NCBI GenBank assembly: GCA_004431415.1
Contig: QPMI01000453.1
Coordinates: 598,330-662,329 of the forward strand
Length of the DNA stretch: 64,000 nucleotides
Direction of reading: 5' to 3'
From: Cyanophora paradoxa CCMP329
Lineage: Eukaryota; Plantae; Glaucophyta
Shown: piece after piece, positions 24,191 through 35,167 of the stretch
Layout of the letters: each line of letters begins with the position of its first letter
Numbering within the stretch: position 1 is the first letter of the stretch
The notes under the pieces: model-generated
The model's input: the letters and a program-made list of their open reading frames with translations, nothing else
Databases searched by the model: none
What the model was told of the DNA's origin: nothing
Made by a program: the position numbers and the translations under genes

Positions 24191-25136
24191 ACAGCTATTA
24201 GATCTTCGGATCTAGATCTTCGAATTCGACGAATTCCAGCCCCGGCCCTCCCCCCCTCGAGCTCCCTTCCGCCGGGGCGCCTCCGCCCTCCTTCCGCCTC
24301 CTTCCGCCCTTCAAATTTCCGCCCTTCAAATTTCTTCCTTTCTTTGCTTCGTGCCCCTCACGTGTCCGCGCAGGACCCCCGCGCTGCCTTAGCCCCTGCC
24401 GCCGCCACCGCCGCCGGCCCGTCCCCTCGAATTCCGGATCCTTCGAATTCGCCTGGCGGCGGCCGCGGCCGCGCCGATCGCGAGCTGTCCGGCGGGCACG
24501 GCGCTCGGGCAGGGGATTATCGCGCGCCTCCGCTAGCGCTGCTTCACGGCATGCAAATATGCTCACGCCCTCGCGATCATGAATTGTTTTGGCTGCAGCG
24601 TCGGCGCTGCCTCCGGATCCGCTGCTTCGAATTCGCGGCCCGGCGGCCTGCTCGCGCCCTCCGCAGCTCTAGATCTCTAGCTATAGCTGCCGGGATTTCA
24701 CTAGTGATCATAAATAGCTGGCACTCGCCTGTCGAGCTCTTATTATTAAGCTTCCAGGTCTTCGCCCCGGCCCGCCCCGCCCCCTCGCGCCGCGGCGTCC
24801 CCGGCAGCTGCAGCAAGCTTCAGCGCGGGGCTGGGCGATGGACGGGGCCTAAATTAAAGCAGCAAGCTCCCAGCAAGCATAGTCGCGGGCGATCGGGCGC
24901 TTATTCATATGTATGCGATCGGGCGATCGTAATTGTACATATATATGCATGTCGCCGTAGAATATCGCGTGGAGGCGGGCGCGGCGGCGGATCCGGACCG
25001 GATCGTAGGGCCACGACGAACCGTTTGATTTAATTTGAGATCTACGAGCTGGGTAGCACGCGGCAACGGAAACCTGCGCGAAGGACGTGCTGGATTAATA
25101 TTCCCTCCGCTCCAATTTCTTGCCCCCTCCCCTCCC

Positions 25137-25169
<33 letters not shown>

Positions 25170-28100
25170 ATTCCTTGTACGCCGCCTAGTTAGCGCGACG
25201 CAGCTGCGCACGTGGCGCTTTCAAGGCGAGCGCGCGGCCACGGGCTCCGGGAAGGTGAGCTGGGATCCGCGGCCGGAGGCTCTTCTCTCGCATCTGACCG
25301 TCGGCCTTGCGCGCCGAAAGCTTTAAAGTAGGCGCCCGCAGATGCGTCTTGCATTACGGCGATTCTCGAAATCTAAAGAGCCGTTGTGCGTGCGCTGCCC
25401 TACCTCGAGCTCGACCTCTCCCCGCCCCCCCCGCCCCTCCCCCCCCCCCCCCCCAACCCCGCCCCCCCCCCCCCCGCCGCCCCCTCCCCCCCCGCCCCGC
25501 CCTCTGGATCCCCCCTCCTCCCCACGTGCACACCACCCCGGCCCCTCCCCCATATGCATGGCCACGTGAGCACCCCCGTTCCCCTCCGATCCCCCTCCCA
25601 CCCCCCGCCCCCCCCCCCCCCCCCCCCTTCGAATTCACGTCTGCGCGCCATCGGTTTAATTTACCCAACCGATCGCGACCCCCAACCCCCACCGCGTTCC
25701 CTCCATCCCCCATCCCCTACCCGGCGGCCCTCCGGATCCGCTCATTTTGATTCTGCAGGCGCCTTTAATTTGTGGCGGCCCGGCCGCGGGCCGCCGCGCC
25801 GGCGTTAACGTTATACAATTAACGTTGGCCCGCGGCCGTTCCCTGTGGATCCCACAGCACAGCGAACCCGGGCCATACCTGCGCTTTAGTGCTCCTGTCG
25901 CCAGCCTGGCTCCGCCTCCCCCACCGGTGCCACTGCGCCGCCCAAGCCGGCGCCGCAAAAGCACTGGCTTTCTGAGCAAATAAGCGTCGAAACGAAAGAC
26001 GTAAGCTTAAGATTTAGAATGACACCCGGGACCTGTGAGTTTAGAGTAAATTAAACGTTTGCAAGGGTTATGTCTAGTTTTGGCCTTCTTCTCAAATTTA
26101 AAGACGCCCGGCGGCCGAGCCGCGGCGAAGGGGGTACCCATCGCAAGAAGGCGGCCCTCGCCCTCTTGACACTGATGTAGCTCTCTCAACTCGAAAATTA
26201 TGTCAGAACCGAATGGAACGTTGCGAGTCACTGAGTAGCTGATCATGATAGATCTTGCTAGCTATGTAGCACCAGGCGGTGGGGTTTGCCCTCACCGGTG
26301 AGCTTGATCATGATTTCCGATCGCAGAGTACACACATGACTCGGTGGAGATTTTTAACTGATCACCGAGTCATGATACTGTAAACTTCATGATGAACGGG
26401 AAATTCCTTTTTTCAGACCGATACCAATATATAGTTGCCCTTCGGATTTAATTCGCTTCGAATTCAGCTGCGTTTTTTGTTTTGGTGAATTACCGGCCAC
26501 AGTCTCTAAACACGTGCAGATATGCATGCTGTACATGTTTCACTTGTGCAAACGGAAATTGGTAATTAAAATGAGTGTTGGAATAGGAAGCTTGCAAAGG
26601 TCATTGTTCGATGATGATCAAATTAAAGCAGGAAGGACGCAGTTTTGAAATTAAATGCGAAATTAAGACATCTCTCATTCGAATTCGAAGCAGTGTTTGA
26701 AAACACTGCCCCCCCGCCACCCCCTCCCTCCCCCGCCAGTAGCAAGAACAGTACTCATCAGTGCAACTCTTGTATACGATGACGCAAAACTATATATATA
26801 GAGGAAACAAGTCCGGTTTGATCATGAGTCACTGGGCAAACGACGCGTTCACTGCTGAGTTCAGGCCAAGTCGGACGATTTCAAGCCATGATCGATGAGT
26901 TCAAGCTTTCCGGATCCTGATCTTTATCATGAATTACGATCCGAATATTTAATCGAATAGCACCGGGGGGTTGCGAGCTCGAGGGGGCGGATCCCGGAGC
27001 CCCCGGGCCCCCGGCCCTGCTTGTCATGGCCATAAACGGGACGCTTATAATTAAATTGCAATAAATTGCAACTGGCCTACAAAATCGGGAACTGGCATGC
27101 GCATGCGCATGCGCAGGAGCACGGCGTCCTACAGAAGGAGGGCGTGCGCGTTCGCGTGCGCGCGGCCATGGGTGTCGTCGGCCCAGGCGAGCCCGTCGAC
27201 GGCGGCATCGACCTCGACATCCGCCTCCTCGCCCCCAGTGGAGGCGTCGGCCGCCACGTCGACGGCCGTGTACGGAACAAACTGCGGGACAGTCTAGAGT
27301 GAGACCAGGCCTATAGCGCTAGCGAGCTTTAGGTGCAGAGCACGGCCATCGGCAGACCTGGTCGTCGGCATCCAGCTGGCTATTGATAGGGCCCGTTCCG
27401 GCGCAGGTCAGTTCGATCGAATCGCCTCCGCTCGTCGACGTGTTCACGCAGCTGCGCGCCCCTTCTCAGCGCACGGGCCGCGGCCGGGCTTCGCGGCACA
27501 ATCGCAAGCTGCGAACTCGGTGCGGCTGGCGGCAAGCTTGTTGAGGTGAGCGCTGAGGCCCGTGCACTTGATCGATACGCCGAACTTCCCGTCGTTGGTC
27601 GGCGCAACCAGCGAGCAACTGATCGGGGTCGCGATCACGATCATTATCAGCCTGCAGCTGGCAGGAGGACATTTCGAGCGCGGGTGCGCATGGGCACGAC
27701 GCACTCAGAGCGGCCAGCGATGGCGGGCCTGAGGGTGTTGACGAAAGCGGCTTGGGCAGCTTGGGCCTTCGAGGTGCTGCGGCCGCGGTCGGGATCGGCG
27801 GGTCGTGGGCGTCATATACATTGATATCATCATGTCATTGATTGATATTCTAAGTTATGATCGTGATCATTTTTACGATCATCGGATAGAGCGCACGCTA
27901 GTTGGTCGGCCGTAGCGTTGGCGCAAGTACCGGGCGTTGCAGTTGTTCCTGTTATCGATTTGCCGATAGTCACGTACCGCCCGCTCTGGTACACATCAGT
28001 CACGCCGTTCTGGCCATAGCCAGCGCAGAACCTGCGCGCGGGGATTGCGGAAATTGTGATGAGCGATATCGATTGCGAGTCAAGATATGATCACCGTCGA

Positions 28101-28848
28101 CCGTCGGACAGGCCTAGGCATCAGTGCTAATATTGCGCGCACGCGGCAGCGTCCGTGGAGGTGCTGTAGCCGTTGAACCAGGCGTCCGCGTATTGCGCCG
28201 GATTCGCAGTTCCAATAGCCGTTCCGGTGCAGTTCGCCGCCTTGAAGCAGGCGATGCCGCTAAGGGTTCCGAGCACCATGGCTGTCGTTCAAAGATGGGA
28301 GGGAAAAGCTGTGCGCGTGCTGGTCACGTTCACTGTGTGTGACTGTACATGTGGTCAGTGGTCGCCTCAGGTCGTAGGCTCAGTAGTGTAGTAGTACTAC
28401 TGTAGTTACAGTGTACTACGGTAGTAGGCCCTGCCGCCCTGTACATGTATACTACGTATACGTATATATACTGTAGGCGTAGTTGAATTGCCGCGTAGTA
28501 AAATTGCTGAATTCTTCCAAAACCGGAATTGCCGTGGCAATTGCAATAATTTAAATTGCCGACCGTACTCGGAGATGATCGACTCGGCGACATCGATATC
28601 GGGTTTTCAGCAACTTTTCACTGAGTCACTGCTTTCCGAGTTCGAAAATTTCAGACGTCGACCGTTTTCTGAACTTGAAAAATTCGATTTCGAGCTGAGA
28701 GTCTGAGACTCCTACTAGGCTAAGAGGTTCGGTTTTGGAAATTTAATTTCCAGGCAAATTCCAGCTTAATTTTATAACGGTTGAACGTACGAAAAGCAAC
28801 CAAACTCTGAATTCGAACACTACTGATATACCTCGCACATATATGACA

Positions 28849-28917
28849 GGGAGTCGGGAGTCGGGACTCGGGACTCGGGAGTCGGGAGTCGGGACTCGGG
28901 ACTCGGGAGTCGGGACC
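28849..28917. repeat. 7-bp microsatellite GGGA(G/C)TC, about 10 units
   Basis: Read directly: variant order G,G,C,C,G,G,C,C,G, which gives a 28-bp higher-order period. Confidence 0.9.
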
Positions 28918-29649
28918 GGAGGCCCTGAGGGTCGGCCAGGTCCCACCGTCCCCGCCAGGAGAGAGCAGCGATTGCGGACACACTCAGTGTGACAGAACAT
29001 CGAGACTCGGGCTATGATCCATCATCGTCATACCTCCGGCGGTCCTCCGCTGTGCCTCAGAGTAGGGTTTTTTACATATATATAAATCAGACTAAATTTT
29101 GTAAATCTGGTGGAATTTTCTAGCGGTTTTCATAAATGTCTAGGCGTCGACCTAGCAGGTGGCTGCAGGTCGGCCTAGGTCCGGGAATTTCGGCAGGGGA
29201 TTTCCGGGAATCCGGCCGCCAGCTCTCGCGGCCGGATCGCACGCGCTCTCCGGTCTCTCTGCAGCCTGAAACGCACGTTCGAAGTCCTCGAAAGCCCGCG
29301 CGGCTCGTCTTCTTCTCAGGCGCGGGGCCCCGCGAGCGCCTGCGTCCCGGCCCGCGCCCCGGCCCGTCCGCCTACAGCCTCGCCCTCTCGCACACGCACT
29401 CGGCGTAGTACTTTCTCACCGCGGTACGCTTAGTCCGCCCCCGCGCGCACTCCCCGCGCCGCGCGCGCCGTCGTCTCCTTCGCTGACACTCGCGACTCCG
29501 CTCGCCCCGCTGCAGCCAGCGCCGCACGACGCGCGCCCGACCGCGTACCACATCAATGCTCTGCGCACTCTTCGAATCCACGTTCATCGTCCCCCGAGCC
29601 CTCTTCTGCGCCGCGACCCGCTGACCGCCCCGTGCAGCCCCGGCCGCTG

Positions 29650-31480
29650 CCGCGCGCGGGGCCGGCGGGCGGGCACGGGGCGGGGCGGCGCTCACCCGCT
29701 CCCTGCGGCGCAGCTGCGCGGCGTAGCGCCGGTGCTGGCGGGGGCGGACGGCGGCGATCGGGGGGCCCGCGGCAGGTGCGCCGCGCGCCGGGCGGGCGGC
29801 GGGGCCGGCCCTAGCGAGCGGGGCCCCGCGGGCCCTCCCTGGGGAGGGCCCCGCGCGGGGCCGGCGGGCGGGCGAGAGGCGGGGCGGCGCTCACGCGCTT
29901 CCCGCGCGGCAGGTGCGGGGCGGCGCAGCGGCGATGGCGGCGGCGGCCAGCGGCGATCGGGGGCCCGTAGCAGGTGCGCCGCGCGCCGGGCGGGCGGCGG
30001 GGCCGGCCCTAGCGAGCGGGGCCCGCGGGCCCTCCCTGGGGAGGGCCCCGGCGCGGGCCGGCGGGCGGGCGAGAGGCGGGGCGGCGCTCACGCGCTTCCC
30101 GCGCGGCAGGTGCGGGGCGGCGCAGCGGCGATGGCGGCGGCGGCCGGCGGCGATCGGGGGCCCGTAGCAGGTGCGCAGCGCGCCGGGCGGGCGGCGGGGC
30201 CGGCCCTAGCGAGCGGGGCCCCGCGGGCCCTCCCTGGGGAGGGCCCCGGCGCGGGGCCGGCGGGCAGGCGAGAGGCGGGGCGGAGCTCACGCGCTTCCCG
30301 CGCGGCAGGTGCGGGGCGGCGCAGCGGCGATGGCGGCGGCGGCCGGCGGCGATCGGGGGCCCGTAGCAGGTGCGCAGCGCGCCGGGCGGGCGGCGGGGCC
30401 GGCCCTAGCGAGCGGGGCCCCGCGGGCTCTCCCTGGGGAGGGCCCGGCGCGGGGCCGGCGGGCAGGCGAGAGGCGGGGCGGCGCTCACGCGCTTCCCGCG
30501 CGGCAGGTGCGGGGCGGCGCAGCGGCGATGGCGGCGGCGGCCGGCGGCGATCGGGGTGCCCGCGGCAGGTGCGCAGCGCGCCGGGCGGGCGGCGGGCCGG
30601 CCCTAGCGAGCGGGGCCCCGCGGGCTCTCCCTGGGGAGGGCCCCGGCGCGGGGCCGGCGGGCAGGCGAGAGGCGGGGCGGCGCTCACCCGCTCCCTGCGG
30701 CGCAGCTGCATGACGTAGCGGCGGTGCTGGTGGCGGCGGACGGAGGCGCTCGGGGGGCCCGCGGAAGGTGCGCCGCGCGCCAGACAGGCGGCGGGGCCGG
30801 CCCTAGCGAGCGGGGCCCCGCGGGCCCTCCCTGGGGAGGGCCGCGGCGCGGGGCCGGCGGCGGACGAGAGGCGGGCGGAGATCACGCGCTTCCCACGCAG
30901 GTGCGGGCGGCGCGGCGACGCTGGCGGGGCGGCCGGCGGCGATCGGAGGGCCCGTAGCAGGTGCGGCGCGCCGGGCGGGCGGCGGGGCCGGCCCTAGCGA
31001 GCGGGGCCCGCGGGCCCTCCCTGGGGAGGGCCCCGCGCGGGGCCGGCGGCGGGCGAGAGGCGGGGCGGCGCTCACGCGCTTCCGCGCGGCAGGTGCGGGG
31101 CGGCGCAGCGGCGATGGCGGCGGCGGCCAGCGGCGATCGGGGTGCCCGCGGCAGGTACGCAGCGCGCCGGGCGGGCGGCGGGCCGGCCCTAGCGAGCGGG
31201 GCCCGCGGGCCCTCCCTGGGGAGGGCCCCGCGCGGGCCGGCGGGCGGGCGAGAGGCGGGGCGGAGCTCACGCGCTTCCCGCGCGGCAGGTGCGGGGCGGC
31301 GCAGCGGCGATGGCGGCGGCGGCCGGCGGCGATCGGGGGCCCGTAGCAGGTGCGCAGCGCGCCGGGCGGGCGGCGGGGCCGGCCCTAGCGAGCGGGGCCC
31401 CGCGGGCTCTCCCTGGGGAGGGCCCCGGCGCGGGGCCGGCGGGCAGGCGAGAGGCGGGGCGGAGATCACGCGCTTCCCCG
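29650..31480. repeat. GC-rich tandem satellite, ~197-bp unit, about 9 copies
   Basis: The anchor CCCTAGCGAGCGG recurs near 29809, 30007, 30204, 30403, 30600, 30801, 30991, 31187 and 31383. Confidence 0.95.
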
Positions 31481-31789
31481 CCAGCCGATGGTCCCCCGAG
31501 GGCCCTACAAGCTCGCGTCGACGCATGAAGATTCTTAATGTGGCCTGGGTCTGACCGCTGTGCGCGCAGGGACCCACACCCCCTGCCCCCGCCGCCCCCT
31601 GCACCCGGTACCCCTGGTGCGAGCCCCGCGCCGTGCTCCAGCTAGACCATGGCCTTCTTCCTTCGACGCGTCGACAAGCGCGTCGACGCGTAGAGATGAT
31701 TCCTTCTTCGAATTGTAGATATACGCATGTGTGACGCATGTGCAACGCATATGCAAGGCATGCGCAACGCATGCGCAGTGCACGTGTGT

Positions 31790-32260
31790 GCTCTCATGCC
31801 CCAGGGCGGGCCCCGCGCCTCCATGTAATGTAAACAACATATATGGACCAGAGATTCAGAATCAATAAGATGAGCCGGGGTCGCCGGGCACAAGTGAGTG
31901 AGAAAGGCCCGCCTCGATGGAGTAAGAGGGGCACATGAGGTGATCGGCCCGCGGAACCACGCCAGGCCGCCCCAGGACGGGCCCCGCGCCTGCGTCGGGG
32001 CACTGAGACACGACATTTATGAAACATAGATTGAGAATCCAGAACATGAGCCGAGGGCCCCCGGCGCAAGACAGAAGGCCCGCCCGGCCTTGAGGGAGTG
32101 AGGGGTGCGCATGCACGTGCACATGATCATGATCATGAGGTGATGGGCCCGCGGAACCACGCCAGGGCACCCCAGGGCAGGCCCGGCGCCAGAATCGGAT
32201 CACTGGGAAACAACATGTATTATACAGGGATTTAGAATCTATAAGATGAGCTGGGGGCGC
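31790..32260. repeat. Diverged ~180-200-bp tandem repeat, 2-3 copies
   Basis: ATGAGGTGAT(C/G)GGCCCGCGGAACCACGCCAGG at ~31935 and ~32135; AGAATC...A(A)GATGAGC / AGAACATGAGC blocks at ~31858, ~32034 and ~32235. Confidence 0.7.
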
Positions 32261-32700
32261 AGGTTTCTAGGGAGATGGTCGTAGCGAGACGAGGGCACCA
32301 TGTGCCCCACAATCGTTTCTTTTCGAACTGGATATCTTTGGATGGGAATTAGTTATATTAGATCCAAGTGTATCATAAGAACGGCAATGAAAAGGGCTTT
32401 CAGAATATATAAAAAGGTCGGGACTCGCAAATTGACCTAACCCGTAAGAGTCCGCCGAAACGTCCGACAAGCACTCAAGGTCGACAGGCTGAGTCTTACC
32501 CGATAGTGTCATCATGAAAACTGACCTCGATGTATGACTCTATAACCACTCAACAACAGCATTTATATTGCATATAAAGGCTTAAAGAAGCCTCATACAT
32601 ATCTGTTTCATTGGGCAAAGTTTGTTGGAACGAGATTTCGGAAACAATCGCTGCCATGCCCCAACGTGCCCCAACATCATGGCATGCTCTGCGCATGCGG

Positions 32701-32997
32701 GGGCCTGGAGGGTGCGGGCCTTCGCGCTCCGCATTGCTGGCAGCGAGAGGCCTCCACGGGCAAGATTGCTAGAGGCCTAGGGGAGGGCGCTGCGCATCTC
32801 GCGCGGGGGGTACGGCAGCGCCTGGGCGACGGGGGCCCGAGGTGGGGCGGCCGCAGGAGGGGCTCTTCGGAGGCTGGCCCGGGGGCCTGGACGGTGCGGG
32901 CCTTCGCGCTCCGCATTGCTGGCGAGAGGCCTCCACGGGCAAGATTGCTAGAGGCCTAGGGGAGGGCGCTGCGCATCTCGCGCGGGGGGTACGGCAG
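32701..32997. repeat. ~180-bp tandem repeat; the second copy is truncated by the viral left end
   Basis: GGGCCTGGA.GGTGCGGGCCTTCGCGCTCCGCATTGCTGG...GGGGGGTACGGCAG occurs at 32701 and 32882. The first copy continues CGCCTGGG, while the second runs straight into ACACATATTG. Confidence 0.9.
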
Positions 32998-33092
32998 ACA
33001 CATATTGAAAAACGAATTTAAATCCCTCGTTCATCTCGATCGCTTCGCGATCTCGATTCACTCTGGATTTAAATTCGTTTTTCAATATGTGT
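32998..33092. other. Left terminal hairpin: 28-bp perfect stem around a 39-nt insert with inner stem GATCGC-ttc-GCGATC
   Basis: ACACATATTGAAAAACGAATTTAAATCC (32998-33025) is the exact reverse complement of GGATTTAAATTCGTTTTTCAATATGTGT (33065-33092). Confidence 0.9.
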
Positions 33093-33782
33093 TAATTTAA
33101 TACAAAAATACATATTTATCGATTAATTTCTTTAACTTTTTATGCAAACTTTGTATAAATTAATGCAAACTTTGTATTAAAATGATAAACGCGTTTAATT
33201 TAATGCATATTCACGATTGATTCAATCGATATTATATCGATAGATTATGTTCTTTGTCGATTACATATATAACTTCGATTGATTAACATTAAACTACTTA
33301 AAGAACGATATAATCGCGATTAATTCGCATAAATTCGCATAAATTCGCATAAACTCGATATATCTCATCGGTATTGAAGTAGACCACCGCCCATTTTGTA
33401 TCGGAAAACGCAAAAACTGTCACAGAGTTGCATTATGTCCAATTAAACAATCGATGGGATTGCGGATTTACATTTTTGCACCGAAAAAGTGTCACAGAGT
33501 TGCATTATGTCCAATTAAACAATTGAGAAGATTGCGCGATTTTCTATTGGAATATATCGGAACTGCATCATGTCCAATTAAACAATCGATGAGATTGCTG
33601 ATGAACATTTTTGCATCGAAAAACTGTCACTGAGTTGCATTATGTCCAATTAAACAATCGATGAGATTGCATATGTTCTATAAAACAGAATAATTGAGAT
33701 CAAGTGTGACAGGTAGTATTCAAATGATATTCAGTAAGAGATAGTTTTGTTTTTGAGAAAGTCAGTAAGAGGGGTGGAATGT

Positions 33783-34223
33783 CTGTGACGCCTGTGACGG
33801 CTGTGACGCCTGTTTTCAGAAGTCTGTCATTTTTGAAAATTTTAAAAAGTTTGAAAGTAGGTGTCACAGGCGTCACAGGCGTCACACTCAATTAAATTAG
33901 GTGTCACAGCGAAATTGCAGACCATTTCCAGTAAGACAACTTCGCATTTTCGGAAAGGTGGATTAATGGATAGTGTTTTGTAGGTGTCAGAGGTGTCACA
34001 AGACGGATTTCAGTAAGACAAGAATATATTTTTGAATATCTCAGTAAGAGAAAGAGATTCCATTTTTAATTGGGTGTGACGCCTGTGACGGCTGTGACGG
34101 CTGTTTTAAGAAGTCTGTCATTTTTGAAAATTTTAAAAAGTTTGAAAGTAGGCGTCACAGGCGTCACAGGCGTCACAGTCAATTAAAGAGGCGTCACAGT
34201 CAATTAAATAGGTGTCACACCCG
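33783..34223. promoter_or_regulatory. Two inverted-iteron modules in the left TIR (putative replication origins)
   Basis: Each is (TGTGACGSC)x3, a ~50-bp AT-rich spacer, then (GGYGTCACA)x3-5; located at ~33783-33909 and ~34066-34223. Function is inferred. Confidence 0.6.
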
Positions 34224-34278
34224 ATTATCTGACCATTTTCAGTAAGACCATCTGAAATTCTGAATTTCTCAGTGTCAA

Positions 34279-34680
34279 CTAACTCGGAAATCGCAATACT
34301 CTATGTTTCTCCGATTTCTCCAACCCTGAAAACACACCTGTTATTCTCTCATCTATCTCATGAGATACTCTCGTGGTTTTCCTCTCTGCTTCTAATCCAC
34401 AACTGAATATATCAATCGCCAACATACCTTCATTTGAGTAACAATGAGCAGTGCAATGGCTCTCATCCAGCAGAAGAACCATTGCAAAACCAGGAGGAGA
34501 AATACCACCATCGAAAATCTCGCAATGCTTGTGAACTACTCGAATACCTTGCTCTTGAATAATAGTTTGCAAGAACTGCATTAACCACCTGGTTGTTGTC
34601 TCCAAGTCCTCCATTCCTACTGCTAATTGGGTTCTGAATTTGTAATCCAGCATCACATGGAAGCCTCGATGAGTATTCAT
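34279..34680 (-). CDS. speD: Prokaryotic-type pyruvoyl-dependent S-adenosylmethionine decarboxylase proenzyme (AdoMetDC family)
   Basis: 133 aa; GFHVMLD...GFAMVLLLDESHCTAHCYSNEGMLAIDIFSCG retains the E-S autocleavage site, the HxxxH motif and the catalytic Cys. Confidence 0.9.
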   Translation of the reverse strand: MNTHRGFHVMLDYKFRTQLAVGMEDLETTTRWLMQFLQTIIQEQGIRVVHKHCEIFDGGISPPGFAMVLLLDESHCTAHCYSNEGMLAIDIFSCGLEAERKTTRVSHEIDERITGVFSGLEKSEKHRVLRFPS

Positions 34681-34682
34681 TT

Positions 34683-34871
34683 ATGAATAATTTAGAAAAA
34701 TTAAAAAACGCGATTGGTAGAATGCGAACCATCTTAGCAAGAGTGCTACCATATGAGTTGGTGGATATCATTCTGCTGCACTACCACAAGACCTGTCCAA
34801 ACTGCTTTGATACATGCATAATCACAAAGGGAAAATGGGGAAAGATCCTCATTTCTCTCTCAAAGATCTAA
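34683..34871 (+). CDS. Small hypothetical protein (LPYELVDIILL, CxxC)
   Basis: 62-aa ORF that exactly fills the gap between its neighbours. Confidence 0.35.
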   Translation: MNNLEKLKNAIGRMRTILARVLPYELVDIILLHYHKTCPNCFDTCIITKGKWGKILISLSKI

Positions 34872-35140
34872 TCAAAATATAATACTACTGGTTTATCATC
34901 TATCACAATTCCTGATGTAGTCTTTTTTCTGTAAGCATGAGAGGATTTCTTGTTGCACTCTCTGCATCCACTTCCCCTTACATGATTAAATGGGTAGGTT
35001 TGGAGGATCTTGTTGCATTTGAGGCATCTAACAGAGACCTTCTCTTGTGCTTTCTTATAGACTGTCTCACTGTAATCGAATTTAGCATCACCATGAACCA
35101 TCATTGCAGACTCTATGAATTTCTTTGTTTTATCATCCAT
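34868..35140 (-). CDS. Single Zn-ribbon repeat protein (DUF723-like)
   Basis: FIESAMMVHGDAKFDYSETVYKKAQEKVSVRCLKC...NHVRGSGCREC, the same repeat found in 55495-56460. Confidence 0.75.
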   Translation of the reverse strand: MDDKTKKFIESAMMVHGDAKFDYSETVYKKAQEKVSVRCLKCNKILQTYPFNHVRGSGCRECNKKSSHAYRKKTTSGIVIDDKPVVLYFD

Positions 35141-35167
35141 CCCTCTCTCTATATATACCTGAGATTT

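Larger units (their letters stand above)
32998..34374 (+). repeat. Left terminal inverted repeat (1377 bp)
   Basis: Reverse complement of 60231-61822. Identity ends at ...CATGAGATACTCTCGT (34374). Contains the terminal hairpin, (TTCGCATAAA)x3, four ~70-bp repeats and two iteron modules. Confidence 0.95.

Noticed and set aside
23432-25033. 533-aa plus-strand ORF
   Set aside because: It is antisense to the RluE-like gene and then runs through a decayed duplicate and palindrome-rich spacer; no coherent domain, and long ORFs arise by chance at this GC content.
27066-27830. Possible minus-strand gene remnant
   Set aside because: Coding-like composition, but frames are broken and no motif was recognised.
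29632-31772. Long Arg/Gly/Ala/Pro-rich ORFs on both strands
   Set aside because: They are translations of the ~197-bp satellite.
32985-33000. Target-site duplication
   Set aside because: Left flank ACGGCAG and right flank GCTGTGG share no direct repeat.
33421-33670. CRISPR-like look of the ~70-bp periodic repeats in the TIR
   Set aside because: The intervening sequences resemble each other, there are only four units, no cas genes are present, and the context is a eukaryotic virus TIR.
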